A DNA stretch of 64,000 bases from the NCBI GenBank assembly GCA_015680685.1, contig MNCI01002485.1, positions 930,439-994,438 on the forward strand, in the 5' to 3' direction. The notes beneath the pieces are model-generated. The model saw only the letters and a list, made by a program, of their open reading frames with translations, ran no database searches and had not been told where the DNA came from. Numbering within the stretch: the stretch's first letter is position 1; the number at the start of each line of letters is the position of its first letter. Below are positions 26,650 to 40,595 of the stretch, in pieces. The position numbers were made by a program, and so were the translations under genes. The stretch comes from Gnetum montanum. Taxonomy: Eukaryota; Plantae; Gnetophyta.

Positions 26650-29050
26650 AGGCTTCCATAGTGGGCTCAACATGGAAACCAGGACCCTTACTATGTAGAT
26701 GAAGGAAAATATGTTTTGGAGTGCTCAAAGGTCCAAAATTGAGGTCCTAGAACCTTTGCAAGGTAGTGTAGGATCAGATCCATCAAAATTGGGCTTCCTG
26801 GAGATTTGTAAAGGCCGAAAAGCAAGTTCTAAAGTCTTTTCCCATTATTTCCACGTTTTTCAATGTGGAAAAGAGAGGGATTAGCATGGAAGATAAAGAT
26901 ATAAGTAAAAATGAGATCAAACATTGTAAAATAGGTGGTTGGAGTCTAGATCTAGAACTTGTGCATCTCCCAGCTTCATTATGAGGTAATTTGAGGTTAT
27001 GTTGAGTGTCAATATATGTTGAAATGACTTTCCCCCATTATTCCATGTTGGGCATAGTATCCGTAGTGTGGAAAAAGAGGAGGACACTTATTTAATGAAT
27101 TTATAGTGATCTTGGAGCACTTTGACTAGGTTTCTAGGCCCCTAGGGTTGCATACTTTGATTCTGCAAGTTTTTGGCTAATTTTGGGCATGGTTGAAGGT
27201 TTTTTAAGGTTACTTAAGGTCTTCCCTCCTTGTTTCCACGTTGGGGAAGTTACTCCAACATGTAGGAATTTGGGGAATAGGTTTTCGAGATTGCAATGAG
27301 ATCAAAGAAGCCAAATCTTGAGGTTGTGAGGTCTTTTCCTTCTCCGGCAAAGGTCTTTGAATTTTGGGAGTGTCATCTTACCTCCAAAAGTGGAAAAGAA
27401 ATTTTTCCCATTGCTTACATGATGGGGAAGTTACTCCAATGTGGAAGAAGTAAGAATATTATATCTAGGAAAATTTTGATCACAATCAACCATGCATGTT
27501 ACCTCCTAGGGTTGTCAGAGTCAAGGGCTATGGATCTATGTATAGATTTAGCAGTTTTGGGCATTCTTAAGTGTTTTTTTGGCTTTCACCCTTTCTTCCA
27601 TGTTGGGGATAGAGAGTTTATATTGAAAAACAAGAGTGAGTGGATTTTTGGCCATTTATGATTAGCTTTGTGAAGTTTAAGGGCCCTAATATCTGCTACC
27701 ATGGTTCTAGAGTGCATGAAAGGTTGTTTGATGTCATTCTAAGGTTTTTAGGAGCCTCAAACAAGTCCCTCCTTAAGTTTCCATGCTATGGATACCACCC
27801 TTAGTGTGGAAGGATAATGAAACTTAGATCAAGACCAATTTTAACTTCAATCAACTTTACATGTCAACCTCTAAGGCTACTGGGGTTAAGGACCAAGGTG
27901 GTATTAAGGTTAGGTAATTTTAAGTATATCTAAGTGTTTTTTGGACTTCCCCCATTCTTTCCAAACTAGGGATGGAGAACTTAGAATGGAAAATAGGGGG
28001 GAATGGATTTCTAACCTTTTGACATTAGTTTTTTTGAAGTCTAAATTCTCCAAATGATACTGATAAGGGCCTAGAGTGCATACAAGTTTGGTTAATGTTT
28101 TTCCAAGGTAGTTATGAACTTAAAATGGGTTTTCCCCTTAATTTCCATGCTAAGTAGAATGGATGAGGAAATTCCCAATTTGGAGACACCATAAAACTTA
28201 GATCTAGCCTAGTTTTGACTTCAATCAACCATGCATGTTAGCCTCTGAGGCTACCAGGGTTGAAGACTAGGGTTTGGAGTCAAAACTAGATATTTTAAAA
28301 GTTTTTAAAGTGGTTTTAAGACTTCTCCATATTTCCCCACACTATGGCTTCCATGTGTAGTGTGAAATATTTTGGGAAAGGAATTTTGGTTATTTATGCT
28401 CACTTTTGGTCATGCATGCAAGCTTCTAAGGTTATTTTTGATGGTGGTTAATGCATGGTGTTAAAATTTGGTTGTCTTGAAGGTTGATGAGTGGTTTTTT
28501 GGCTTCCCAATTTTTTTCATGTTGGGGCTTCCATGATCATCATGGATAAATGGGGGAAATATATTTTTGATCATTTTTAATTACTTTCAGTGATGCATGT
28601 AGGTTTCTAAGGTCATTGGTATCAACTGCTACTACATGATGTCAAAATTTGGTTGTTTCAAGATTGTTAAGGAATTTTTTGGACTTACCCCACTTTTTCC
28701 ATGTTGGGGCTTCCATGCTTAGAATGAAAAATTTTGGAAAAATATTTTTGATCTTCTATGATCATTTTCAGGCATGCATGTAGGCTTCCTAGGTTGCTAG
28801 CATCGACTGCTAACATATGATGTTAAAATTTCGTTATATCAAAGGGCATAAGGTATTTTTTGAACTTACCCCATTTTTTCCATGCTGGTGCCTCCATGCT
28901 CAATGTGGAAAATTTGGGGGAGGGAATTTTGATCACTATTGTTTGTTTTTGGGCATGCATGTAGGCCCCTAAGATTACCAAGGTTTCTTGCTGCCATTTG
29001 ACACTGAAATTTGATTATTTCAAGGGTTATAAGGTAGTTTGTGGGCTTCC
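26650..29050. repeat. Sub-repeated region (~370-bp and ~120-bp units) rich in TTCCAYGYTGGG / CCCARCRTGGAA motifs upstream of the antisense gene of B
   Basis: caatcaaccatgcatgtta units at ~27480, 27845, 28220; ttccatgttggggcttccatg units at ~28330-28900. Confidence 0.75.
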
Positions 29051-29184
29051 ACTTTTTTTTTGATGTATTAGGTAAACACCTTAGAACTTTTTATAGATGT
29101 TAATTTCACCTTTGACTAGATGTTTTATGTAAATTTGTTAAGAAATTCTAATTGGTCATAATGTTTTTGGTTTGTTTTGTGTAG

Positions 29185-32100
29185 ACTCTTCTTGAGGCCT
29201 ATTCTCATTATAGTTGAGTTGGTAGAAATTTTCTACTACATTGGTCATCCCAAAACCAATACTCTAGCACATGACATGTCTCTAGGGAAGCTTTCATTGT
29301 TGTTTTAGCTTGGAGAAAGGGACTTCCTTCCCTACCTACATAGTAACATCAGTGTGATGTTGTGATCACACTTGTTCACAGATGTAGTTGGGGTTGTTGT
29401 GGAGACCTTATTTCCTTAGGCATCAAGACTAATTACTAGGTATATTACTAATAAATTAGTTCCTAAGATCACAGGGGGATTTGTAGATGTTATAAGTTCA
29501 TGCTACCTTTTGGATATCAAGATGATGCCAGAGTATAGTTAGTATAATATTGAAAATACCTTGATGGTGGCATATAGATCCCACACATTATTCTAGAACC
29601 CACCTGGCACCATGTATCATCTACAGGGATAAACATAGTTATTGTAAAGTTTCTATGGTTTTGTCTTGATTACCTTACCTAACTTCATTAATCTAACTTC
29701 TTGCAAGTATAAGGTCAACGAGCAAGGCTTGATCATGAACAACCAAACCCTGGAAATGGCTAAAACTACTTTAGAAAAATTCACCAAGAGTCCTTAAATT
29801 AGAGCAGCTGTGTCTCAACAATTGAGAGGGAACTTTGATGAATATGCCACTAGGTTTAACCTTGTATACAAGAATTTTAAGGATGATAGGATGATGCATA
29901 GCTAGTGGGTAGATTCTGGTAATATAAATCAGACCCCTATAGTTGGAACCTCTACACTATAGAAGAAAAGTAAAGGTGAACATATAGCTTCTAGTGATTT
30001 ATGACTTTAAGTGTTTTATTGTTTTCCTTGATAATTGAAATTGCTCATATGGATGCTAACCTTTGGTTATTGCTTCACAGGACCTTCCACCTTAGCTATT
30101 TCACATTCATGTTATGCAGAAACCCTCATTCTAAAGTTTGGTGATGTGACATTGCCATAGGAGTGGCTAAAGGGATAGGTGCCTGGATATGTTTAAAAAA
30201 ATACCCAATATGTAGGTTTGCTATGGCGATGTTTCATGTCATCGAATCCTTTGGTGAGAAGGTTGGTTACTTTAGCACCATCATTCAAGATTTAAGGTGA
30301 GCATTGATGTAGGTGTTGGCCTCTTTCGTGATTTTTTTGGTGTCTCTACTAAGAGGGTAAAGGTTTCCACCAAGATAGGGAGGGAATCAGGCCATCACAA
30401 GGAAGTTCTAGAGTGGCTTGGTAACAACATGGGCCACTTTGGAATTTCAATGGATAGCTTCACAAACCCTAATGCAAAGGAATCATATCCATTGTTTAGG
30501 TCTCATGTGTTCCCCAAACTACTATCATAAAAGAAGGTGATCATCCTAGCACAGGGATGAACCTGTAAGAAGATCTTGATGGAGGAGATCAAATTTTATT
30601 AGGCTACTGCTTTGGCTACTAAGCTTTTAGAGGAGATACTTATACTTTGTCTCAACACCTCTATGATAATCCTTATGTACTTTGCATTTTCTACAAGTAA
30701 TCTAAAGAGTTTGGTAGAGTTTTTGGTGGTGTATAGGAATGGACGATAGGTTTTCCAAGACCCAAGCCAACTTTATAGGACTTGGATAAAGCATATTTAT
30801 CTAATAGTGTAGGCCCAAAACTAACCAGAGGGGGTGGATGAGACATTATCCATTACCACTAAGAATCTTTATGTTAAGTAGAATGAGTCTCCTAATAGTA
30901 CTAATGATGATGAGCCCCTCTCATTTCTTGCTAGTGTTTAGGATTCCAAACGACGATGCATGGAGGTTGAAGGGGTAGCTAGAGAGAAACTCAAGAGGTC
31001 TATGGAGGAGGAACCCCTAGCATTAGATCAACCTACCTTATAGAAGCTTAATCCATCATAGTAGGCAGTTGCAAGTATACTTTGTTTAAATTTGGCTATT
31101 TTCATGTTTTAAGATTTTATGGCTACTTTATGGTTTCATGTGTTAATTAGTTTTCTATGTGCTATGGTTGTATACAAGTGTCAAGTTATAGCATCCCAAG
31201 CTACTGTGGAGGCAAAACAAAGGCACATAGAAGAGGCACTTCTAAAGCAACCTATGGTTGAAGGACTTGTTGATGTCGGTATTGACAATTTAGATGCCTT
31301 GTTTGCTGAGGTGATACCAAGTACCTCTTCCATCATCATACCAAAGGAGAAGAAGGATGAGGAACCAAGTATTCTTATGCCTCACTATTTTTGTTATATC
31401 TTATTCATTATATTTGGTTGTCATCCTAAACTTTCGATGATTGTTACACTTACAGTAGTTCCTAAGATACCAGTGCAAGCTCCCATCCTTGAGTTTCACG
31501 CAAAACCATGGATAGAGATTGTAAATAAAGTGAATTTCCTCCATGGAATGTCTAAGGACATCATCGATCAATTACATTAGGTTGTGCCTGAGATAGGTAA
31601 GGATTTTGTTTTACGTGCTTTGGTCATAGGCTTTGTCTGCATTATGGATATTTAATGTTTTGTCTTACAGTTGTATTATATAATTTATGCAATAATGTCC
31701 ATGGAATGGGATTATAGAAGGGACATGAAGGTAGAATCCTTTCCTAGAATTCCCTATGACATTTCTAGTGTACCCGTGAAGCTGTATGATACTATCACTA
31801 ATTTAGCAATGTTGTGCACAAAAGCTTCATGGGAGCTAGAGAGGTCCTACAAATCCCTATGGGAGGAAGTTGTGGCATTGAGGGAAAAGGTTCAAAGGTA
31901 GGAGGATACAATTAGGGATCTTTGAGATTATCAAGCCTTTGTGAAAGCCAAAGTGGCTAACTCAAGGAAGTTACAGACTAGGGAGATCACTTAGACCTAC
32001 TACTAGCATGCTGTTTAGGACAAAGTAGTACTTCTACAAGAGATGGCAAAGCAATGTATGTAGATGGACTTCATCTTCCAAAACGTTAAGGACTGGAAGG

Positions 32101-32490
32101 ATCACTACACTTGGGTCTTGGAGTGGGGTAAGATACAAAAGGCCCACAAGCATTAGTATAAGGCAAATTATGGGGTTTACCTATAATGACTTAAGGAAGA
32201 GTTAGTTGAATAGCATAAGAGGGAGTTGTTTATTTAAGGGATCCAAGTAGAGAGTTCTTATCAACTTTTTGAAAGTAATCTCAAGATGGAGCAATCCCCT
32301 ACTCTTTAGATCACTACCATTATAGATGAGATTGCTATAGCTACTGTTACTCATGAGCCTCCTACCTGGACTTTGATAGATAGGTCCAACATTCTTTTTG
32401 GCATTGATCTTGGGAATGTTAATTAGATCAACATGATAGAGAACTATATCCTCCATTATTTGGAGGATACCTTTCCCACCTATCCTTAGA
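29185..32490 (+). pseudogene. Antisense multi-exon accessory gene of element B (predicted exons ~29185-29628, 29708-29975, 30081-31074, 31178-31368, 31456-31596, 31671-32490)
   Basis: First exon LLRPILIIVELVEIF...LFxLGERDFLPYLHSNISVMLxSHL...YNIENTLMVAYRSHTLFxNPPGTMYH. Short AT-rich introns with acceptors gtgtag, ttcacag, cttacag and donors gtgaac, gtaagg. Last exon is a coiled coil (LWEEVVALREKVQR). Confidence 0.75.
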
Positions 32491-33019
32491 AGTGGTGGAG
32501 CTAGACTCTTTGTAGGTTTGATGTATTTTATGTTTTATTTTTTGTTTTAAGTCATGATCTTGGCTACGGGTTACCAATTGGCTATATGTTGTTGCATTTC
32601 AAGTCTCAAGAGACATTGGTGGCCCCAGCAATGAGGGTGGGAATGACCCATCACCTCCTCCTCTAGATGCTACTTATTAGCCTCCTTTAGTTTAACTTAT
32701 TATCAATTTTTTTTTGTTTTCATGTTGATGGCTATGGTTAGCCAAAACTATGTTATGGATGGTTATTCTTTGGCATGACTGCTGCACATTGTGGTTATGG
32801 CTATATATTATGGACATTTAATTTTATATTTGAGTATTTGGTTTTATTTTTTAGCTATATGCATTTATAGTAGTAGTAAATGTTGTAAACCTTAAAAATG
32901 ACTATATTGATGTTTTTGGTTATGGCTAATGATTGTAATGAAAGATATGGTAATAAAAGGAACGTTTTCTAGTTTTAGGCCATCATAGGCATAGGTTATT
33001 TTGTAAAATTATGGCTACA

Positions 33020-33240
33020 TTGCTAGTTTAATGTCTTAGTGGATGATAATGCTAGTTTAAGGTCGTAGTGGACCATAGTGCCAATTTTAGGCCATATTGC
33101 CAATTTTAGGCCTTAGCAGGCCATAATGCTAGTTTTAGGCCTTAGCAGGCCATAGTGTTAGTTTTAGGCCTTAGTGTGCCATAATGCCAATTTTAGGCCT
33201 TAGCAAACCATACTACTAGTTTTAGGCCTTAGTGGGCCAT
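33020..33240. repeat. ~30-bp tandem repeat (gctagttttaggccttagcaggccata)
   Basis: About seven visible units. Confidence 0.85.
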
Positions 33241-33827
33241 GTCTAAAATGAACACTTTTCTAATGTTTAAAACATAAGTAAAAATAAAGAAAGATTAATG
33301 AAAATAAGTTTAGGCTACATGCATAGGCTATGTGCATAAAATAACAAAGATAAATTAAAAAATAAGGCTATTTGGCTATCATTGTATTTGATCATAAAAG
33401 CATGGGAAGGTTAAGGTAAATATCACTTATGCAGACTCTTCCTAATCTTTGTAAGATTAGGGAGTGAGTAAGGCCTATTCTACCAAAAATTTGTATTCAC
33501 CATCTCCTTCGCTTATGATGTTAAAAGGGAGTTCATCCCATAATGTGTCACATTTCTTCTTGTTTTCATAATTAGTTGTCTTAGGTTTTTTCTCTTCATA
33601 GTTAGGAGCTTCTTCTTGAAGTTTCACTTCAGACCCCTATTTTATGCCCACATTGTTGATAGCTAGGGGAGCCACATTGTCACCATGAGTGATGGTTTTA
33701 CTCCATCATAAGGAAGATAAATTTCTTGGATGATGGACAAGGAGACAACTCATAATTGAGCCAACCAAGGTCTTTCTAGTATCTAGTTGAACCCTGGTAT
33801 CTCTTCCACCAACAAGAAGTTTGCAGT

Positions 33828-34918
33828 TGTAGGGAAAATCCATAAATTATTAAGGCCTCACTACTTCCATGTTGGGGTTCAAGAGAATTCAAGTATGGAA
33901 AGTTGTAAGAGCTCTTGAGTGCCTAAAAATGCTCCAAGTATGGAATTGTGTGTGTGTAAATTGCTTGAACAAAAAATGCTTAAGCTCAACTTTGGAACCA
34001 CTTGTGTCTCACAAATTGCTGCACCTTGTCAAAATTTGCTGAACTTGTAAATGGTGTTGGAGGCTAGCTTTTATAGGGGTTTTAGGCCATGAATGGGGCT
34101 AAAAATTGGCTATGATTGGGCTGCAAATTGGATGTGAAATGGCTACAAATTTGATGTAATTTTGTTGCAAATTGCCTACCAAATTTAGGTGAAATGGGCA
34201 CCCAAATTTTGGGGGTTACTAAACATAGTAAGTGCTTCCTCCCATGGTCATTTTTTTTACTAAAAATAGTAACCATGGTATCCCTTCCATGCTACAAATG
34301 AATCTTCCATGCTAAGCTTTACACCATGCTTGTTGAAGTGGCTGGTCAATGTTGAAGTGCATAAATTGATGAATTTTGCTTCTTGTGGCTTCTAATATGG
34401 GGGATTGAATTTTCCATGCTAGCAAGGGAAGACTTTCTAGGCTGAGAGGAAACTTTCTACGCTAGGGGAAAATTTTCCAAGATAGGTGGAAACTTCCCAA
34501 AATGTGCCTTTGGTATCCATGTTAAAGGAAGGGAATGTTTTCAAAATGTCAATCCTTCCATGCTAGGGGTAGGTGAGATCTACCTCATTGCATGTGACTT
34601 CAGCATAGAAAAATGTCTACACCCCCCAACCCCACCCACACACACACACAGAACCTATCAAATTATCTACTTTAGCATTCCAAAAGGGACCCCTATGCCC
34701 CAAGCCCAAGTATAGATACTAGGTGACCTTTTTCATTTGGGGATTGAGGCTTTGACCACTTATGAGGCATTTTTTAGCCCCAAAAGTATAAAGGATATAC
34801 AATTGCACATTTTGGATTGAAATTTTCACATTTACAATGAACGTTTGCCTTGAGTTTCATGGGGTGGAAGCTACATGATGAAGATTGGTTATAACATGCA
34901 AAAGTTTGTGGTATTTCA
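33828..34918 (-). repeat. 5' LTR (or inserted same-family LTR) of element B
   Basis: TG...CA termini (tgtagggaaa...gtatttca); homologous to 21217-22263. Confidence 0.85.
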
Positions 34919-35555
34919 AGCATCATTTGGCATTTTGCAACCTAAAGAGCCTTGTGACATTGCAACCCTTTTGGCAAAATTGGTATCTATATTGAGCATA
35001 GATACTCTCACATAATACCACTACACCAAAGGTAGAAAATCATTTGTGATCACAATTGTTGATTTTAGTGAAAACTAGTGTGAAGATGCTAGAACTAGGG
35101 TTGGGAAGCATTTGGATCAAGTAGTTTTAAGTGTAGATCATAGGCTCAAATGGACTTCAAGCTTCCTCAATGAACTTCTTGTGCACTTAGCACAAAGTCT
35201 ATACTTTTTGAACCTGCTACTTTATTTTCCATTTTATTAAAGTCATAGTTCATTTTTGTGTAGATCTAATTTCACATTTCCATTTTTGTGTCTTTTTCTA
35301 TTCTAGATCAATAATTCCATTTCTGTTCACTTTTTCATTTTTATTTAGGTTTAGGTTTACATTTTTATTTACAATTTTATTTATGTTTCCATCTATGTTG
35401 TCATTTTACACTTCTGTAAGTCCTTGGATGATTGGCTAGATTGTATAGGTGCCTCAAATCCCATTTCTGGAGGCCCTTGGGATTCAAGGCTAAAACTATT
35501 TAGGTGCATGAAATATTCTAACTTCTATTCTAGCAACCAAATTTTCTATCCAACA
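34919..35555 (+). repeat. LTR-like R/U5 fragment ending ...ccaaca
   Basis: Similarity to 20680-21210 in reverse orientation; T-rich U5-like composition. Confidence 0.45.
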
Positions 35556-37741
35556 CTAGGTTTGAACTTGGGTAGAACCACTTGAAGAGGTTAGGCTTTC
35601 ACTCAAAAACCAATCCTCCTAGGATTTTGCTTAGTGGGATGCGCATTGTGACTCTAGGTAACAATCCTTTTTAAAGCTAGGCAATGCTTCAATGATGTAG
35701 CATGCTATAGATATATGGTTTTTTATACATAAATATATAGTATTTATCATTCATAAGTGGACTTATGATTTTGATCTTTAATTAAAAGAATATTCTAAAT
35801 TTCCATGTTTTTTGAGGTATTTAATATTCCATTAATTTTTGAAAGAGATAAAAATGAAATTATTAGTATTCTTAGTTCTATTAATCATATGGAATATATT
35901 TCTATACCATTTGGATCTTATAAATGTATTTTTTTGAAATCAATCTTCTTAATTGTAAAAAGAAATTGGTATTGCAAGTAGGTATAAAGACTTAGATTCC
36001 ACTAATCACATATTCTAAACTTTCAAATTGTTGTAATTTTTATCATTATGAAGGACATTTGTTTAATGTTTATTATTTTTTACTCATGAAAAAAGATGTT
36101 GCAAAAAAAAAAAATGTGTTGATGCTAAGAATGGAAAAAAAATATAAAGTTAAACATATAAATTATTGACATAATGTGAAGGAAAAAAATAATTAGAGAA
36201 GAGAAAAGTTTTATCAATAAAAAAAATAAGAGAGGAGAAAATTTTTATCAATAGTTTTACTTTTAATATAAGAAGTATTAATTAGTTTAGATAAATAGGA
36301 TGTAAGAAAAAATTTTCCTTATGTAAGAAGACTAATATCTACCTATATATGAAGTATTTTGTTCACAAGTGAGATTTAGAAGATGCAAAAGAGACTTGAG
36401 GTAAGGTCAATTATGATAAACATTATGTACTAAATTTTACTTTTGTACCTTTCTTTCCTACAAAAGTTGATATTTTCAAAAGTTGTCTATAGCTATATCA
36501 AATGCTTTCTCTATTTTATGTTCAAGCATAGATATTGAAAATGATGTAAATGTTATTAGGATAGGAACTATCTAGTTTAATTAATTAATTTTCCTATCTA
36601 GTTTTTTTTTGAAGTATCTATTGTAAGACTATTTACCTAGGTAAAGATTCCTAAAATGGGAAATTTATTTATTTCCATATTATCTTTAGGGTTTTCTACT
36701 CAGTGAATGGGCATGTGATGTACTTTGAATTTCTTTTATGTATCATTAATATTTTTTTAGTGTCCAAAATTCTCTAGATTAAGATTTCTCTTTCATAGAT
36801 ATTGAAAATTGTTATCAAGCTTTATTTTATAGCAATGGTAAAATAGAATAGTTTCATAAGACTCATGATACACTATTCATTTCTTCTTATTTTAGTATAA
36901 AATAAGTTCCAATTCTATAGTGGCTAAGTTACAGAAAAGAAAAACTTATTACAAATGGTAGACTTCAAGAATATTGAGGATTTCAATGGAAATGTTTTAA
37001 GAGATTCTTTTCTTTTGATGATATAATATAGGAAATAAAAAAATAGCATAAAAAAAGTCATTGATTTAAATAAATTATATAGAGAAATGATTAAATGTGA
37101 AGGACTATTAGTATAGAATGCATTCTATAAAGAGATAGATTTAGTGATGCAACTGGAGTTACAAAGGAATGGTACACCAATAAAGAAATTACACTCTTTA
37201 AAAATGAACTAAAAAATCNACAATAAAGAAATTACACTCTTTAAAAATGAACTAAAAAATCTAAATAATTATATACTAATTGTAATTAGAAATATTTTTG
37301 CAACGCTTCTAAGCATTATTCTATAATTGTACATGCAAGATGAGTTAAATGAAATAAAATACATCCAATTTCCTATGAAAAATTTAAAAGATAACATTAT
37401 ATGATACACCATTTTATTAATTTAAATCATGTTATTGATAGAGAAAAAGGTTCACAAAATAAAAAACATTTTCTTTCTTTCATATTTCTCTAAGGACTAT
37501 GAATTTTTTTTAGAGGAGCAAGATGGTATATCCTAAGACATAGTCAACAAGATATATTCGAAAAATTATAAATTAAAGAAATATAACAACATTTTAGGTA
37601 TGACTCAAACTAGAAACTTCTTTCCTAACAAGATAATGAGCTAGCCACTTAATTCACATATTACTAAAAATATCTAAGGCCTATGATTTGGTAATTCTAG
37701 AAAAGATATAGAGGTGTTTGGAAAATTTAATAGTTTCCAAT

Positions 37742-38633
37742 TGATGAGTCATGAAAAGACAAGCTATGTTGATGGACATGTGTCGACGTAGCACCATCAA
37801 TGCATCCTTGTTGACACATGGTTACATGCTTCGATGTAGATGCATTAATGCTAATGTGGGAAAAGCCTATATAAATGCAGCTACCACTCACATTTATGAC
37901 ATTGAAAGTTAGTAGCATAGCAAAGTCCTTGTAGTTTAGTTTCTTTAGAGTTAGAATATTCTCCTTTTGAATGCTCATGGTGTGAATTAAAGAGACTGTA
38001 TGGTGCTTTATTAAAATGCCATGTACCTAAATGCATTGGCATGAATGACAATAATGTTGAGATTTTTAATATTCATTGCAGTACGTGGATTAGTTTACAT
38101 TTTCTTTCTTGTACTTTAATGCATTTTACATTCATGTATTTAATTAATTAATTAACTTAACCATAAATATGTAACTAAAATCACTACAAACATAATGTAT
38201 TATGCTTGGTAATCCTAGTAGTATCCATTTGGTGTGTCCAATAATAGCCACTTGGTAACTTGGTGGTATCAATACTAGTTCGAGAAGTGTACAAAAAGAT
38301 AGGAAAGGTGATTTACATTAGCATAGTTAATTAATAGGTTAGTTAAGTTATTAAATAGTTAATCATTAAATCCTCATTTATTCATCTAGTTGTTAAAATA
38401 GAAAATATATAAAAATACTTATAAAAATAGACATCATGTGCCTTGACTCACATTTAATCATACTTAATGATAACACAGGTGTAAGTTAGGAAGATAATGA
38501 TCATACCATTTCTTGCTTCATAGTTTGAGTCTATAGGTAAACTTAGTAAGATATGTCCATAGAATTTAACTAGATTACATGTGAGCACATGTGATTTATA
38601 TGTTTGGATAAAGGGAATACTCGCTCCTCATCA
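37742..38633 (+). repeat. 5' LTR of element D (892 bp)
   Basis: Perfect 7-bp terminal inverted repeat TGATGAG/CTCATCA; TATA cctatataaat at ~37866; followed immediately by a PBS-like sequence. Confidence 0.75.
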
Positions 38634-38652
38634 TTAGCATCGTTGCGATGAA
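38634..38652 (+). promoter_or_regulatory. Degenerate tRNA-Asp primer binding site of D
   Basis: ttagcatcgttgcgatgaa versus the Athila consensus TTGGCGCCGTTGCCGGGGA; most differences are transitions. Confidence 0.65.
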
Positions 38653-38919
38653 TACTAGTTATTTAAGTGCACAAATTATTAGTAGACTATGAAATTATAC
38701 AAAGATGTTGCAAAGATAATACAAGAATTACTATTATCCAATAAGGAAAATAATCCAAGAGATAAAATATCAAAATACACACTATTTTCATGTACAAGCA
38801 ATATGAATTTTTCTTGTAGGGATGAATCTCCATCATACATAGTAGAATCCAATAAAAGATAGAGTAAACCAAAGAATTGTCAACAACAAAAGGTTGTGTA
38901 TGCTTATCCAAATCCTTAT

Positions 38920-40572
38920 TAAAAAAGCACCAAATTTTGGGTACAACGTCTTGACTAGAAATTTGTCTAAGTGTTAGCAGAAGGCCACTTTTTGCAAATT
39001 ATTCTAAGTGTTGGGATTACACTCTTCACTACCCCAGAGCATAGTCAACCCAATAGAGAGTGTAGTTAAGACAAAAGCCTAGTTTTGCAAATTTTTTGTA
39101 AGTGTCATTGCAAGGCTAGAAGTTGTAGATTTTTCTAAGTGCTAGGACTATGCTCATTCCTACTTGAGAGTGTAGTTAGCCTCTCATGGAGAGCGTAGTT
39201 AGCATGAAGGCCTAGTTTTTGCAATTTTTTCTAAATGTTGAGACTATGCTCTCCACCAGCGTAGAGCATAGTCAAGTGTAGTCAACTAGAAACTAGTTTC
39301 TGCAAGTTTTGACAAGTGCTAGAACTACACTCACCCCTAGTCAGGAGCATAGTTATCATCCTATGGAGAGTGTAGTCAGCACATAGCCATTTTTTGCAAA
39401 ATTTTTCTAAGTGTGGGACTACACTCTCCCCTAATCTAGAGTGTAGTCAAGCATAGTCAACCAGAACACCCTCCAAAGGCCTCCACAACATAGTTCTAGC
39501 ATTCAACTCAACTCCAACTCACCTCTAGTAAGTGTAGTTAGCAAAATGCACTTTTTTTGTATCCCCTTATGGCCCAAAAATTGTAACTATACTCAACCCC
39601 ATGCCTAACAATGGAGATAATAGCTCTAGAGTACAATCTCCAAGAATGCATTTTTTCAAGTACATTGCGATCTTCTCAACACACGAACATGTAGTTGGAA
39701 ACATAGTCATAGTCTCGCAAACTCTAGCAAAGCACAACACTACTAGCCTCAATGCAAAGCATAGTTGGATGATAGTGTAGTCCAAACTATCCCACTACCA
39801 TATGGTAGCCATCTCATGTTTCATGCTAAACCTAGCCCTATAAATACCCTAGCCCTCTACATTTTTGGGGTTGGAAAATTTGAGAATTAGGCAAGTTAGC
39901 AAAGTCAAAGTTGGCAAAAATCAAAGCATCAGCAAATAAAGGCATACTAGTGAACCTAAGAAAGGCAAAGTTGCATACCATCATAGCTCATTGTAGTCCA
40001 CCATAGACCATCACAGTCCACTGCATACCATGGTGGCCAACCTGACATGCACAAGCACCATAGAAGAATGTTAGTCTTCATAGCCAAACACCCTTGAGAC
40101 TGTCTTTGTTGTCTACTACACCTATTGTATACTGTATACCTTCTTACCCCTTCTAGAGTTAACTTTGTTCAACCCCATTTGGGGTGGTGTTCTATTTCTC
40201 TTTCTTCTTTTCCTTCCATTTTCAAAATTTTAATTGCATTTTTTAGCATTTTATTTGCATTTTTTGTCATTTTAATGCATAACCATGCCTGGGTAGTGGT
40301 CTCAACACACTGACACCTTTTTTTTCTCACTAAAAACTTGACTACAGTTACCCCTATTAACACCACTAACATCATTGACAATGTATAAACACTTAGCATC
40401 ACAGCTAACTATGTTACACCCTGGTTGCATTTGGTAAGTCTTCATTTGATCAACAAGACCATTTAGGGCATCCTGTCTTCACCTCTAGTAGGCCCTTGCA
40501 TGGATGCAAGGTTAGGACTATGTGTCCATGGATCCCTCAGTGTTCTAGCCATGGACGTTTTTGGTTTCCATA
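38920..40572 (+). repeat. 5' LTR of element C
   Basis: Colinear with 56788-58454; TATA ccctataaata at ~39836; many gagagcgtagt/actacactctc motifs. Confidence 0.93.
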
Positions 40573-40595
40573 GTTTTCTAGGACTAGAAGGAGGG
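40573..40595 (+). promoter_or_regulatory. Putative primer binding site of C
   Basis: gttttctaggactagaaggaggg immediately after the LTR; resembles the TGGCGCTAGAAGGAGGG PBS-type motif of Tat-clade elements. Cognate tRNA not assigned. Confidence 0.55.

Larger units (their letters stand above)
21217..34918 (-). mobile_element. Decayed Tat/Ogre-type LTR retrotransposon B (PBS, gag and most of protease absent)
   Basis: Direct repeats 21217-22263 and 33828-34918; PPT at 22264-22276; INT/aRH/RT on the minus strand at 22560-26010; protease C-terminus (ILxRPWLAQL) at ~33750-33810 abuts the right LTR. Confidence 0.85.

Noticed and set aside
37178-37261. Perfect 41-bp direct duplication
   Set aside because: It flanks a single N at 37219, typical of a contig-overlap assembly artifact.
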